NCBI GenBank assembly: GCA_963674695.2
Contig: CAXXGI010000003.1
Location: 992,001-1,056,000, forward strand
Reading direction: 5' to 3'
DNA: 64,000 nucleotides
From: a bacterium
GTDB lineage: Bacteria > UBA10199 > 2-02-FULL-44-16 > JAAZCA01
Shown: in pieces, positions 1-10,306 of the stretch
Position numbering within the stretch: position 1 is the first letter of the stretch
Layout of the letters: every line of letters begins with the position of its first letter
Notes under the pieces: generated by a model
Database searches by the model: none
Seen by the model: only the letters and a program-made list of their open reading frames with translations
What the model was told of the DNA's origin: nothing
Translations under genes and position numbers: made by a program

Positions 1-5
1 TTATC

Positions 6-428
6 GTGCAGATGGCACGCATCTCCCCCTTCCCCATCGTGGGCGATGCCGTGGGCCGCGGGATCAGCAACGCGGTCGGGAATGAACTGGGTATCGACGC
101 GCTCACCGACGGCCACGATGCCAACAAATGGGTGGGATTTAGCAGCGGACTCGCAGCGCTCATTGCCGGTGATAAACTGCTCGGCGCCGAATTGGCGAAG
201 GCCATCGACAAGAGCGTCATGGATTTTCTCGTCCGAACGATCGGCGGCGCCGGCGCCAAAGTCGAAGGGTGGCTCGCCTCCGCTGTACGCCTTCTCCGCG
301 GCATGCCCGCCCCGATGCTCATGCTCATCATCATCGATCAGGGCGTCATCGACTGCTACATGACGCCGTCATCGGATGAGGACATGAACGCCCCCCTCGG
401 CTGCGTCGGCCATCGTCAGGTCCTCTGA
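6..428 (+). CDS. hypothetical protein, probably 5'-truncated by the window edge
   Basis: Open frame with coding-like GC3 bias, ending at TGA 428 just before the promoter of the next gene; no recognisable motif. Confidence 0.5.
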   Translation: MQMARISPFPIVGDAVGRGISNAVGNELGIDALTDGHDANKWVGFSSGLAALIAGDKLLGAELAKAIDKSVMDFLVRTIGGAGAKVEGWLASAVRLLRGMPAPMLMLIIIDQGVIDCYMTPSSDEDMNAPLGCVGHRQVL

Positions 429-499
429 CTCCCTGCTCCGTTGACACCCCCGCGCTATGAACGCATACTCTGGCGCATCATTATTAAGGGGGGGATTTC

Positions 500-2041
500 A
501 TGAAGCGAATGATCACACGTTCGGGACTCATCGCCGTTGCACTCACGCTCGCCGTCGGAGTGGTCGCCTGTTCAAAGCCCTGTTCCCGCGGGGAGGCTCT
601 CGCCCCGCCCACGCTCGACAACAATCCGCAGTTCGACATGGTGCTGACCAATCGACGCCCCATTCTCTCGGCGAGCAATCCGAAACGAATGGACGGCGAC
701 TTCACCCTCACCTTTGAAATCTCGACGGACCCTGCGTTCGCGTCAGACACCACCATCACCTATGCCGGGATCAAGCCGCTCGATCAGTATGCCACCTCCA
801 AACAGATCGAGCCGCAGCATGAGCTGAATGATGGCACCTATTATTGGCGCGCCAAGACCGTCGATGGCAACGGCCGCGAAAGCCCCTGGGTGCAGACACG
901 CTTCCATCTGGACGTGGAACACTCGCGCACCTATTCCGGATATCTGCGCGCGCCGGTCGTGCAGGCGACCGCTTCGGGCGGCGAGAATCCGCAGAACATT
1001 ATCGACTGGGACGACCAGGGACAGCTGAGCTTCTGGAACAGCGAACCGCCGGCCGCCGGAGAGAAGTTCCCCTGGATCATGCTCGACATGGGAAAACCGA
1101 CGCCGGTCGCACGCTTCTGGATGCTCTCGACACGCAGCACGACCACGGCACCGGGGTGGCTCACGCATTTCGTTTGGCAGGCGAGCAACGACGGCAAGAG
1201 TTGGACCGACATCTCCGGGACGGAAGTAAAGGCGAACGACACCTATCGCAACGTCGTCGATTTTACGCCCGTCAATGCGCGCTACTATCGCCTGGCGATC
1301 CTCGCGCAGAACGCGCTGCAGGCGCAGCTCAACGTCGTGATCCCCTATGTGCGCGCCACCCCTCCCATCCCGAATGTTCCCGATGATGACTACGTCCTCA
1401 TCATCGGCAATCAGATGAACGGCTTCACCTATACGCAGCTCAAGAAATTCGTGGAGGACCGAAACCTCAAGACCGTCACCGTCCCGCACCACGAGGCATC
1501 GCTGGCGGTCGTGCGCGCGCTGCGAAATAAACCGATGGGCATCATCTTCAGCGGCAACAACGCTGACTGGCAGTATCTGCCGATGTTCGAATATTACGGG
1601 GAGTTCGAAATCTATCGCGAGGTAAGCGACATTCCGATGATGGGCATATGCGCCGGCAACGAGTTCTACGCCATCGCCTACGGCATGAGTTTCGCCTATT
1701 GGATGGGGTGGTTCGATGACACGATCTTCCGTCTGCACGAGGGCGAAACGCCCGCGAAGGTGCAGATCCTGCCGGAGTTTGCCGACGACCCGATCTTTGC
1801 AAACCTCCCAAATCCTTTTCAAGCCGTCGAGATCCACAGCTGGGCGATCAATCCGCTCTTCCTCAAAGACCCGCGTTATGATGAATTCCAGATGACGAGC
1901 CAGACGTCCTACATCCAGACGATCAAGAGTGTGAAACGCCCGCTCTATTCCGAACAGTTTCACGGCGCGGTCGTCGATCCCTACAATCAGAGTGGAACGT
2001 ATCTGGATAATTTTCTGAAGGTGGCAAGGGAGAAGCAATAA
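500..2041 (+). CDS. lipoprotein with FN3/Ig-like, F5/8 type C (discoidin)-like and class I glutamine amidotransferase-like domains
   Basis: Lipobox VVAC; YYWRAK motif; WIMLDMG...QASNDGKSW...ARYYRL discoidin pattern; GICAG nucleophile elbow and QFH; G-rich RBS. Confidence 0.75.
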   Translation: MKRMITRSGLIAVALTLAVGVVACSKPCSRGEALAPPTLDNNPQFDMVLTNRRPILSASNPKRMDGDFTLTFEISTDPAFASDTTITYAGIKPLDQYATSKQIEPQHELNDGTYYWRAKTVDGNGRESPWVQTRFHLDVEHSRTYSGYLRAPVVQATASGGENPQNIIDWDDQGQLSFWNSEPPAAGEKFPWIMLDMGKPTPVARFWMLSTRSTTTAPGWLTHFVWQASNDGKSWTDISGTEVKANDTYRNVVDFTPVNARYYRLAILAQNALQAQLNVVIPYVRATPPIPNVPDDDYVLIIGNQMNGFTYTQLKKFVEDRNLKTVTVPHHEASLAVVRALRNKPMGIIFSGNNADWQYLPMFEYYGEFEIYREVSDIPMMGICAGNEFYAIAYGMSFAYWMGWFDDTIFRLHEGETPAKVQILPEFADDPIFANLPNPFQAVEIHSWAINPLFLKDPRYDEFQMTSQTSYIQTIKSVKRPLYSEQFHGAVVDPYNQSGTYLDNFLKVAREKQ

Positions 2042-2083
2042 AACAGGAACACGCAACAATCGTCATGATACACTCGTTTTGTT

Positions 2084-2152
2084 GTCATCCCCGCAAACGC
2101 GGGGATCTCGGTGGATCGTGACAATCGAGATTCCCGCGTTCGCGGGAATGAC
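2084..2152. repeat. REP-like double-hairpin element (GTCATYCCCG...CGGGAATGAC), copy 1
   Basis: gtcatccccgcaaacgcggggatctcg...cgagattcccgcgttcgcgggaatgac; four copies in the window. Confidence 0.85.
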
Positions 2153-2187
2153 ACCCTTTGGAACGCAGAGCTTTCGGGATATCTCTT

Positions 2188-3453
2188 TTACATCGCGCTG
2201 ATGAGGCGCACGGTCATGGCGATGATGCCCATGAGGGCGACGAGGATGAGGGAGGCGTAGAAGACGAGGGAAACCCAGCGCCGCTTGCCGCCGAACTGGG
2301 TGATATTGGCCCAATGCCACCAGGGTATGAAGCGCGTCGGAGCATCCTCGCCGTAGATGTGCTCTCCTAACAGATCGCCGAAGGCGCCGCTCCCGCCCTT
2401 CTTGCCCTGGCGCATGCGTCTGGCCTTCTCGCGCAATTGATCGTCGAGCGTCAGGCCTAGCTTCTGCGCCGCGAGCGCCTCGGCCTTGCCGCCCATAAAC
2501 CGACCCTGCTCCGGTTTCTTCGTGGTCGCAAATTCACGACCGCGGCTGGCGGCGAGCGCGAGATACATCAGCTCCTCGCCCGTCAGATCCTTGAGCGCCC
2601 CCTTGCCCATCATCTCGCCCGGCTTCATCGCCGCAAATTTTGCCAGCGCCTCGGCCAGAATGGAGAACCGCACGAACTTCTCCACGCGCCCGCTCGAAAA
2701 GTGCATATCGCCGATGGCGACTCCCTTGCCGCCCTTGGCCACCGCGCCGCGCATGAGAAAACTACGGATGTCGTTTAAGAGCGCACGCTTTTTCACCGTG
2801 CGACTGAGAAAGTTTTTGAAAAACTGCTTCCACTGCCCTTCGGTCTTGGCCGCAAAGTGCGCCTTGCCGTCGGCACTCTCCTTGGCCACCTGCGCACCCT
2901 TTTCGAATCGAGCGATGACCATCCGCTCGAATGCGGAGAGCATGCGTTCCACGCGGGCCGTGGCCGCGCCCTGATCCGCTCCGGGACCAGCACCGCGTGC
3001 AGCAAGCGATGCCATGCGTCCCTTATCCTTCACGAGCTTGCCCTGGCGCATACGCATCTCAGGTTTCTTCTTGAGCTCCTCCCCCTTCTCGCGCGTCGCT
3101 TCCTTGGCCGTCTCGCGAGCCGTCTCCTCGGCCGCCTTCTTGCCCGCATCGTCAGCCGGCTGTTCAGGACGCCCCTCGAACTGCTCGCGGCGATCGACCA
3201 CCACGCGATCGGAACCGGGGAGATGAAACTGCTGATAGGCCTTGTTTCCCTCGAGCTTCTGGACGAGCTTCAAAAAGAAGGGCATGCGCTGGGCGACCTC
3301 GAAGGGCGATTTTTGCATCGCCTCAGCGAGCTCGGTCTCAGCCTTCTGCAATTCTTCGGCAGAGGCCCCGCGCTGGACCAGATCCATCCATTTCTGGAGG
3401 CTCTGCTCCGCATGGACCGAGGTGCCCTGTGTTGGCCAACCTGCTGCTAACAT
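2188..3453 (-). CDS. hypothetical protein with a C-terminal transmembrane helix
   Basis: 421-aa ORF, upstream GGAGG, hydrophobic C-terminal segment. Confidence 0.75.
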   Translation of the reverse strand: MLAAGWPTQGTSVHAEQSLQKWMDLVQRGASAEELQKAETELAEAMQKSPFEVAQRMPFFLKLVQKLEGNKAYQQFHLPGSDRVVVDRREQFEGRPEQPADDAGKKAAEETARETAKEATREKGEELKKKPEMRMRQGKLVKDKGRMASLAARGAGPGADQGAATARVERMLSAFERMVIARFEKGAQVAKESADGKAHFAAKTEGQWKQFFKNFLSRTVKKRALLNDIRSFLMRGAVAKGGKGVAIGDMHFSSGRVEKFVRFSILAEALAKFAAMKPGEMMGKGALKDLTGEELMYLALAASRGREFATTKKPEQGRFMGGKAEALAAQKLGLTLDDQLREKARRMRQGKKGGSGAFGDLLGEHIYGEDAPTRFIPWWHWANITQFGGKRRWVSLVFYASLILVALMGIIAMTVRLISAM

Positions 3454-3530
3454 CCTGAATTCCCTCCATTTTCAGCTGCAGTATAGAACGTTCCGCCCGG
3501 AAACACAACGGCGCAGACGCCTATCATCTA

Positions 3531-3559
3531 TTATCGGCTGAATGCCCCCCAAAAGTTTC
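3531..3559 (-). promoter_or_regulatory. sigma28-like promoter candidate (GAAACT-N15-GCCGATAA)
   Basis: Exact FliA -10 consensus GCCGATAA upstream of 3453; same spacing recurs at 14948 and 43403. Confidence 0.5.
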
Positions 3560-3576
3560 GTCGGGCGGTCGCTTCC

Positions 3577-3605
3577 TTGACACCCCCACCCCCGGCGCGT
3601 AGAAG
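3577..3605 (+). promoter_or_regulatory. sigma70-like promoter of mfd (TTGACA-N17-TAGAAG)
   Basis: Perfect -35, 17-nt spacer, ATG 9 nt after the -10. Confidence 0.5.
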
Positions 3606-3614
3606 CGATCCGCT

Positions 3615-6600
3615 ATGCCCGCGAAAATAAGCGACATTCTGAATGCCCTGCGCACGACCGAGACATCGCTCGCCGTCGATGGCCTGGCCGGCGGGGCCTC
3701 GGGGCTCATGCTCGCCACGCTCATGCGCGAGGAGCGCGACCACCCGCTGCTCATCGTCGCCGCCGATGCCCGTCGGGCACAGGAGCTCATCGACGATATC
3801 ATGTTCTTCGCCCACCCGGCGGATGTCGCGCGCATCACCCCCTTTCCGGAGGGGAGCGCGCTCCCCTTCTCACGCCTCTCGCCCGATCCGGACGACTGGG
3901 CCGATCGTCTGCGCGTGTTGCATCGCATAAGCCGTCGCGAACCGATCGTCATCGTCGCCTCAGCGACCGCCCTTATGCGGCGACTCCCGCCGCCCGACTT
4001 TATCGCCAGCCAAACGCATGAGATCGGCCTGGGGGGCAAGCTCGATCCACATGCGCTCTGCCAAAGGCTCGCCGACATCGGCTATGAGGATGTCGGACTG
4101 GTGGAGGATGAGGGAACGTTCGCCCGGCGCGGCGGCATCGTCGACCTCTGGCCGCCCACCACCGACAAACCGGTGCGCCTCGAACTCGACGACGATCGCA
4201 TCCTCTCGATGCGCTTCTTTGAACCGGCCACGCAGCGCTCGCGTGGAGATCTGGCCAAGCTCACGATCATCCCGGCGCGCGATTTTCCCTTCGATGCCGA
4301 TGCCAGGAGCCGTGCGGCGCACCGCGTGCGCGAGCGCGCCGACGAGGCGGGACTGGCCGCACACGAACGTCGTAGCCTCATCGAAGTGCTGCACGAGGGG
4401 ATCGCCTTCTCCGGCATCGAGACGCTCATGCCGCTCTTTCACGAGAAAACCTCGACCTTCTTCGATGTGCTGCCGCGCGACACGATCGTCGTGGTCGATG
4501 CCGAGACCGACGTCGAGTCGGCGATCGAAAAATATCAGAAGGAGATCGACGCGCTCGTCACGGAATCGACCAGCCCCGAGCGCATCGTGACGCCCGCGGA
4601 AATCGTGATGACGCCCGCAACGTTCGAGGCGGGGCTGGCGTCGTTTCGCCGTCTGCGGATGGGAGCGCTCGCCGATACGGCCACGCCCGCACGCACGGCA
4701 CGGGTGCGCAGCAACGCGGAGATCTCCACACTCGTCGCCGCACATGCCGCGAACGAGGACATGCTCTCGCCGTTGGTGCGTCGCCTGCGCGAGTTCCAAC
4801 GCGAAGGCGCGCACATCCTCTTCACCTGCCACACTGCCGTGCAAGCCGAGCGCATCGCCGACCTCTTCCGCGGACACGGCGTGACGATCACTCCGTTCGA
4901 TGCCCCTTTCGAGACGCTCGCCGACATGAGCGCGTCGTCGGTCCATCTGCGGATCGGACGTCCCAGCGCCGGATTCCAGTGGATGGACGAGGGGCTCGTC
5001 ATCATCACCGACGAGGAGATCTTCGGGCACAAAAAAGCCACGCGCGCACCGGCGGCGCGACCGATGGAACCGTTCTCATCGCTTGCGGAACTGACCGAGG
5101 GAGACCTGATCGTCCACGAGCAGCACGGCATCGGACGCTTCGTGGGACTCAAGCACATGACCGTGGGAGATGAAGCGGGCGACTACCTGCTCATCGAATA
5201 CTTGGGCGAGGCCAAGCTCTACCTTCCGGTCTATCGTTTGAACCTCGTGGGGCGCTACATCGGTTCGAGCGATGCGGCCCCGATGCTCGACCGCCTGGGC
5301 GGCACGCGCTGGACAAGTCTGCGCAAGAAGGTCTCGCGCGCGATCCAGATCATGGCGCGCGAACTCGTCGACCTGTATGCGGCGCGCAAGGTCTTCCCCG
5401 GCTTTGCCTTCTCCGACGGGGGAGCGGCCTACGAGGAATTCTGTGCAGCCTTTCCCTATGATGAGACGCCCGACCAGGAACGCTCGATCAGGGATGTGAT
5501 GAACGACATGGGCACGGATCGCCCGATGGATCGACTCGTCTGCGGCGATGTGGGGTACGGCAAGACCGAGGTCGCCATGCGCGCGGCGTTTCGCGCAGCG
5601 CTGGCGGGCAAGCAGGTCGCCGTCCTCGTCCCCACCACGGTGCTCGCGCTGCAACACTTCGAAACATTCAAACAACGTTTTTCCGACGCACCGCTGAACA
5701 TCGCGATGCTCTCGCGCTTTGTTGCACGCAAGGAATCGGCCGCGGCGCTCGAAGGCCTCGCGCGCGGAACGGTCGACATCATCATCGGGACGCACCGTCT
5801 GTTGCAAAAGGACATGCGCTTTCGCGACCTGGGGCTGCTCATCATCGACGAGGAACACCGTTTCGGCGTGCGGCATAAGGAACGCATCAAGAAGCTGCGC
5901 GCGACCGTCGATGTCATGACGCTGACGGCCACGCCGATCCCGCGTACCTTAAACCTCTCACTCGCCGGCATTCGGGATATCAGTATCATCAATACGCCGC
6001 CAGCCGATCGTCAGGCGATCGCCACCTATGTCTCCCCTTTTGACGAGGGCGTCATCGGCCAAGCGGTGCGACGCGAGATGGCGCGGGGCGGCCAGGTCTT
6101 CTTCGTGCACAACCGCGTGCAGACGATCGACTCGATGCGCCAACGTCTGCAACGCCTCATTCCAGAGGCGCGTATCATCGTCGGCCACGGCCAGATGAAG
6201 GAGAGCGACCTCGAGGGCGTGATGATCGACTTTCTCGCGGGCAAGGCCGACGTGCTGCTGTGCACGACGATCATCGAATCGGGCCTGGACATCACGCGCG
6301 CCAACACGATCATCATCCATCGGGCCGACACCTTCGGACTCGCCCAGCTCTATCAGCTGCGCGGACGCGTCGGGCGCTCCAACCAGAAGGCCCACGCCTA
6401 CCTGCTCACCCCTCCGGAGGGGACGATGACGGCGATCGCCAAAAAACGCCTCACGGTCCTCAAGCGTTTCACGGAATTGGGTTCGGGATTTCAGATCGCG
6501 ATGCACGACCTGGAGTTTCGCGGCGCGGGCAATATCCTGGGCAGCGCGCAATCCGGCCACATCGCCGCGATGGGATATGAGCTCTATGCCAAGCTCCTGG

Positions 6601-7106
6601 ACCGGGCCATTCGACGACTGAAAGGCGCCACAATCACCGAGGAGATCGATCCGGAGCTGCACCTGAAGGTGGCGGCCTTCCTGCCGGAGGACTATGTCGC
6701 CGATCCGGGCACCCGCATCGACCTCTATCGACGGCTGGCCGGTCGCGAATCGGCCGAAGAGATCGAGGCCCTGGGCGAGGAGATGACCGACCGGTTTGGG
6801 GTCCTGCCGACCCAAGCCCAGACCCTCTTGGGGCTCATGGAGGTGCGCATCCTCGCTCGGCAGCTGCGTCTGCGACAGATCGTCTTTGACGGCCGCCAGT
6901 TCTCCTGCCAGCTCGACCCCTCCTGCCCGCTGGCCACCGAGACGCTCCTGGAGCTCATCGCCGCCCAGCCGCAGACCTGCCGGCTGATTCCGCCCGATCG
7001 CCTCCTCCTGCTCGCACCAGGGCTGACGGGCGACAATGCCGTCATTTCAGCGGCCAAAAAGGCCTTGAGCCGGTTTGCAGAGCGTGTTAGCGACGACGGA
7101 CTGTAA
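3615..7106 (+). CDS. mfd: transcription-repair coupling factor
   Basis: UvrB-like N-terminus, CarD/RID region (HGIGRF), GDVGYGKT, DEEH, TATPIPRT, QLRGRVGR, TRG and TRCF domains. Confidence 0.97.
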   Translation: MPAKISDILNALRTTETSLAVDGLAGGASGLMLATLMREERDHPLLIVAADARRAQELIDDIMFFAHPADVARITPFPEGSALPFSRLSPDPDDWADRLRVLHRISRREPIVIVASATALMRRLPPPDFIASQTHEIGLGGKLDPHALCQRLADIGYEDVGLVEDEGTFARRGGIVDLWPPTTDKPVRLELDDDRILSMRFFEPATQRSRGDLAKLTIIPARDFPFDADARSRAAHRVRERADEAGLAAHERRSLIEVLHEGIAFSGIETLMPLFHEKTSTFFDVLPRDTIVVVDAETDVESAIEKYQKEIDALVTESTSPERIVTPAEIVMTPATFEAGLASFRRLRMGALADTATPARTARVRSNAEISTLVAAHAANEDMLSPLVRRLREFQREGAHILFTCHTAVQAERIADLFRGHGVTITPFDAPFETLADMSASSVHLRIGRPSAGFQWMDEGLVIITDEEIFGHKKATRAPAARPMEPFSSLAELTEGDLIVHEQHGIGRFVGLKHMTVGDEAGDYLLIEYLGEAKLYLPVYRLNLVGRYIGSSDAAPMLDRLGGTRWTSLRKKVSRAIQIMARELVDLYAARKVFPGFAFSDGGAAYEEFCAAFPYDETPDQERSIRDVMNDMGTDRPMDRLVCGDVGYGKTEVAMRAAFRAALAGKQVAVLVPTTVLALQHFETFKQRFSDAPLNIAMLSRFVARKESAAALEGLARGTVDIIIGTHRLLQKDMRFRDLGLLIIDEEHRFGVRHKERIKKLRATVDVMTLTATPIPRTLNLSLAGIRDISIINTPPADRQAIATYVSPFDEGVIGQAVRREMARGGQVFFVHNRVQTIDSMRQRLQRLIPEARIIVGHGQMKESDLEGVMIDFLAGKADVLLCTTIIESGLDITRANTIIIHRADTFGLAQLYQLRGRVGRSNQKAHAYLLTPPEGTMTAIAKKRLTVLKRFTELGSGFQIAMHDLEFRGAGNILGSAQSGHIAAMGYELYAKLLDRAIRRLKGATITEEIDPELHLKVAAFLPEDYVADPGTRIDLYRRLAGRESAEEIEALGEEMTDRFGVLPTQAQTLLGLMEVRILARQLRLRQIVFDGRQFSCQLDPSCPLATETLLELIAAQPQTCRLIPPDRLLLLAPGLTGDNAVISAAKKALSRFAERVSDDGL

Positions 7107-7120
7107 GGAGAGCTTTTGTC

Positions 7121-7216
7121 GTCATTCCCGCCCCCGATTCAATCATTCGAGGGCAGGCTCCGGCGGGAATCTCGAAGTACTTGAACAATCGAGATTCCCG
7201 CCTCCGCGGGAATGAC
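7121..7216. repeat. REP-like element copy 2, with a ~31-nt insert in the left hairpin
   Basis: gtcattcccg[cccccgattcaatcattcgagggcaggctcc]ggcgggaatctcg...cgagattcccgcctccgcgggaatgac. Confidence 0.85.
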
Positions 7217-7234
7217 ATCATGTTAAGGAAAGAG

Positions 7235-8185
7235 ATGCGCCACGTCATCCACACTATCGTCGTCATCTGCGCCACGTTAACCCTCGGGGCGTGTTCGCGC
7301 GCCGATTCGCCCGTCGTGGCCACCGTGGGCGGAAAGCCGATCACGGCGGCTCAGCTCGTCTCGCGCATGAAGATGGCTCGTGAAAAGTATGACCCGGTCC
7401 TGCTGCGCGACAAGGCGAACTTCGGCGAATTTCGCCAGCAGACGCTCAAAGGGCTCATCGACGAGCAGCTCTTCCTCTGGGAAGCCGATCGCGTCGGCAT
7501 CGTGATCACCCCTGAGGAGATGGCCGAACACCTGAGTGCACAGCGAGGAGAAGCCTCCGCTGAAGAGATGAATCAAGCCCTGCGCGACTATGGCATCGAT
7601 GCCGAAGACTGGGAGGAGACACAGCGCCGGCGGCTGGCCATCCAGAAGCTCATCCAGCAGGAGGTCATCGACGCCATCCCCGTCAGCGACGAGGAGGTCG
7701 CCGCGTACTACCGCAAGCACATCCAGGATTTTCGTCTGCCCACCCAGTTTCACGCACGCCAGATCCTCGTCGACTCACGCGAGACCGCCGAGGAGATCCA
7801 CGCCAAGCTCAAGCGCGGTGAAGATTTCGCCAAACTCGCACGCGCCTTCTCGATGAGCCCTGATGCACAGCGCGGCGGAGACCTGGGGCTGTTCGACGCA
7901 CGTACCTATCCGGAGATGTTCATCACGATCTGTCAGCGCCTCCAAATAGGCGAGATCAGCAAAGTGCTCGACACCGACTACGGCTACCAGATCTTCCAGC
8001 TGCTCGACCGACGCCCTCCGCGTCAGCGATCGCTCGGGGAGGTTACCGATGCTATTCGGCTGAAGCTGCGGGAGCAGCGCAGCGAAGCCGCCTTTGCCAC
8101 ATGGGTGGAGAAGATAACCAACCAGACCACCGCCTCGATCGACCAAACCCAGTTGAAGGGAGTTACTCTCGATGCCATCCCGTAA
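7235..8185 (+). CDS. parvulin/PpiC-type peptidylprolyl isomerase lipoprotein (SurA/PrsA-like)
   Basis: Lipobox LGAC; ARQILV, FAKLA, GGDLG motifs; the ORF-track start at 7181 lies inside the REP element. Confidence 0.88.
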   Translation: MRHVIHTIVVICATLTLGACSRADSPVVATVGGKPITAAQLVSRMKMAREKYDPVLLRDKANFGEFRQQTLKGLIDEQLFLWEADRVGIVITPEEMAEHLSAQRGEASAEEMNQALRDYGIDAEDWEETQRRRLAIQKLIQQEVIDAIPVSDEEVAAYYRKHIQDFRLPTQFHARQILVDSRETAEEIHAKLKRGEDFAKLARAFSMSPDAQRGGDLGLFDARTYPEMFITICQRLQIGEISKVLDTDYGYQIFQLLDRRPPRQRSLGEVTDAIRLKLREQRSEAAFATWVEKITNQTTASIDQTQLKGVTLDAIP

Positions 8186-9161
8186 CGCGGGCAGACGCCT
8201 GCGCGTTCTCAGCACCTTTCTCTGCCCCTTGCTCTGCGCCACCTCGCTCCTGGCATTCGCACGTCCGGTCCGCGCCGAGATCATCGATCGCATCGTGGCC
8301 ATCGTGAACGACTCGGTCATCACACAGGTGGAACTCAACCGTACCCTCGAACAGGTGACCAAGGGCGAAACCCGCAAGAAAGCTGCGGTGCCCAACGAGA
8401 TGCAACGCCGCCAGGTTCTCGAAGGACTCATCGATGAACGCCTTTTCAACCAGCTGGTCCTCGAAGCCAAAATCGAGGTGACCGAAGACGACCTGGCGCG
8501 CGCCATCGCCAACGTGCTCTATCAGAACAAGATGACCATCGAACAGCTGCGCGGCGAGATCGCCCGCAAGGGCATGGCCTTTTCCGAATACAAGAAAGAC
8601 ATCGAGCAGGAAATCAAACGCATCAAATACATCAATCAGGTCATCGGACCACAGGTGAAGATCACCGATCAGGATCTGCGCGACTTCTATCAGCAGCATC
8701 AGGAGCAGTTTCGCGGGCAACACAATGCACACATCGCGGAGATCGCGATGCCGCTTGCGGGCATCACGTCGCAGGAACAGTTTGAAGCCCTCTATAAAAC
8801 GGCACGCGGCATCGTCGTCAGCGCCCGAAAGAGCTCCGATTTCAGCGGACTCGCCAAAAAACATTCCAAGGGTCCGAATGCGACTGAAGGGGGCGACCTG
8901 GGTATGATCAGCCTGAAGGATCTCCCCGAAGAGGTCGCCGCCGTCGTACGCACGCTCAAGGTCGGCCAGGTCTCCGCGCCGATCCTCACGCCCAACGCCA
9001 TCATCATCGTCAAACTCATCTCGCTTCCCGAGCTCTCGGCCGAGGACTTCGACCGCCTGCGCGAAGAGATCTACTCGCAGGTCTATGATGAACGCATCGA
9101 GGAGACGCTCAACAGCTATCTCCTCCGCCAACGCCAACGCGCGTTTATTGAAATTCGCTAG
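8172..9161 (+). CDS. surA: SurA-family periplasmic chaperone/PPIase
   Basis: Signal peptide; IDRIVAIVN SurA N-domain; GGDLG parvulin motif; immediately upstream of pdxA. Confidence 0.88.
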   Translation: MPSRNAGRRLRVLSTFLCPLLCATSLLAFARPVRAEIIDRIVAIVNDSVITQVELNRTLEQVTKGETRKKAAVPNEMQRRQVLEGLIDERLFNQLVLEAKIEVTEDDLARAIANVLYQNKMTIEQLRGEIARKGMAFSEYKKDIEQEIKRIKYINQVIGPQVKITDQDLRDFYQQHQEQFRGQHNAHIAEIAMPLAGITSQEQFEALYKTARGIVVSARKSSDFSGLAKKHSKGPNATEGGDLGMISLKDLPEEVAAVVRTLKVGQVSAPILTPNAIIIVKLISLPELSAEDFDRLREEIYSQVYDERIEETLNSYLLRQRQRAFIEIR

Positions 9162-9252
9162 ATGGTGAGATAGCAAGATAGTGAGATGGCCACATCGTAC
9201 AATCGATTTTAACGATTGAGCCATCTCACGATCAAGCCATCTCGCCATCTCA
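9161..9252. repeat. degenerate 8-mer tract (GAGATRGY) followed by reverse-complement copies
   Basis: gatggtgagatagcaagatagtgagatggc ... ccatctcacg...ccatctcgccatctca. Confidence 0.7.
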
Positions 9253-9259
9253 TAAGAAT

Positions 9260-10249
9260 ATGAAAAACATCATCGCCATCACGATGGGAGACCCCAAGGG
9301 CATCGGCCCTGAGGTCGTAGCCAAGGCCTGGGCGAGTCTGTCCGAGCCAGAGCGGAAACACATTCGCATCTACGGCGATCGCGCCGTGCTCTCGGCGGCG
9401 GCAGAGCTCGCGGGTACCGAGTTCGATCCGAAGCAGCTCGTCATCACCTCCAGCATCACGCCACCCATCATCAAGATCACCGACCAGGAGGCCGCGCGCA
9501 CAACGCTGGCGGCTCTCGATGCAGCCCAGGAGGACATCGCCCAGGGGGCAGCGGGTGCGCTCATCACCGCGCCTGTCAATAAGGTGCGGCTGCAGATGAT
9601 CGCCAAGGGGTTTCTCGGTCACACCGAGTATCTGGCGCACGCGGCGCATGCGCGAAATCCCGTCATGATGTTCGCCTCGGAACGCGCCGCCGCCGCAGGC
9701 GAGGACGGCCCAACGCGGCACCTCTGCGTGGCACTCGTCACGATGCATAAGGCCCTCAAGGATGTCCCCACGGCGATCACCAAGGATCGCATTTTAGCCA
9801 CCATTCGCCGCACGCACGAGGCACTGGACAGCTACTTTGCGTGCCCCGAGCCACGCATCGCCGTCATGTCGCTCAACCCGCACGCGGGTGAAGGCGGCGC
9901 GTTGGGCACCGAGGAGCAGACGACGATCATCCCGGCCCTGGAACGCGCGCGCAAAGAAGGGATCAACTGCGTGGGACCGCTGGCCGCCGATGGACTCTTC
10001 GCCAAGCTCGGCGCCTTCGACTACGATGCCATCGTGGCGATGTATCACGACCAGGGGCTCATCCCGGTCAAGATGATGGGCGTCCACCACGCCGTGAACA
10101 TCACGCTCGGGCTCCCCTATATCCGCACCTCCCCTGCACACGGCACCGCCGAAGATATCGCCTGGCTCGGCCACGCCGAGGGCACGGGCATGCTGACCGC
10201 CATTCGCCTCACGCGCAAGATCATGGGATGGAGGGTGGAAGACAGCTGA
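9260..10249 (+). CDS. pdxA: 4-hydroxythreonine-4-phosphate dehydrogenase
   Basis: GDPKGIGPE, GHTEYL, NPHAGE, MYHDQG, RTSPAHGTA. Confidence 0.95.
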   Translation: MKNIIAITMGDPKGIGPEVVAKAWASLSEPERKHIRIYGDRAVLSAAAELAGTEFDPKQLVITSSITPPIIKITDQEAARTTLAALDAAQEDIAQGAAGALITAPVNKVRLQMIAKGFLGHTEYLAHAAHARNPVMMFASERAAAAGEDGPTRHLCVALVTMHKALKDVPTAITKDRILATIRRTHEALDSYFACPEPRIAVMSLNPHAGEGGALGTEEQTTIIPALERARKEGINCVGPLAADGLFAKLGAFDYDAIVAMYHDQGLIPVKMMGVHHAVNITLGLPYIRTSPAHGTAEDIAWLGHAEGTGMLTAIRLTRKIMGWRVEDS

Positions 10250-10282
10250 AGGGTGAAGGGCGAAGGGCGAAGGGTGAAGGGC
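10248..10282. repeat. 7-mer tandem repeat (GAAGGGY) x5
   Basis: gaagggt gaagggc gaagggc gaagggt gaagggc. Confidence 0.9.
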
Positions 10283-10306
10283 GAAACATCTCAAGGAGAT
10301 CATTTC

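Noticed and set aside
743-2059. Long antisense ORFs here and opposite mfd, uvrA, argG, rnfC and others
   Set aside because: Shadow frames expected from high GC3; they fully overlap well-supported genes
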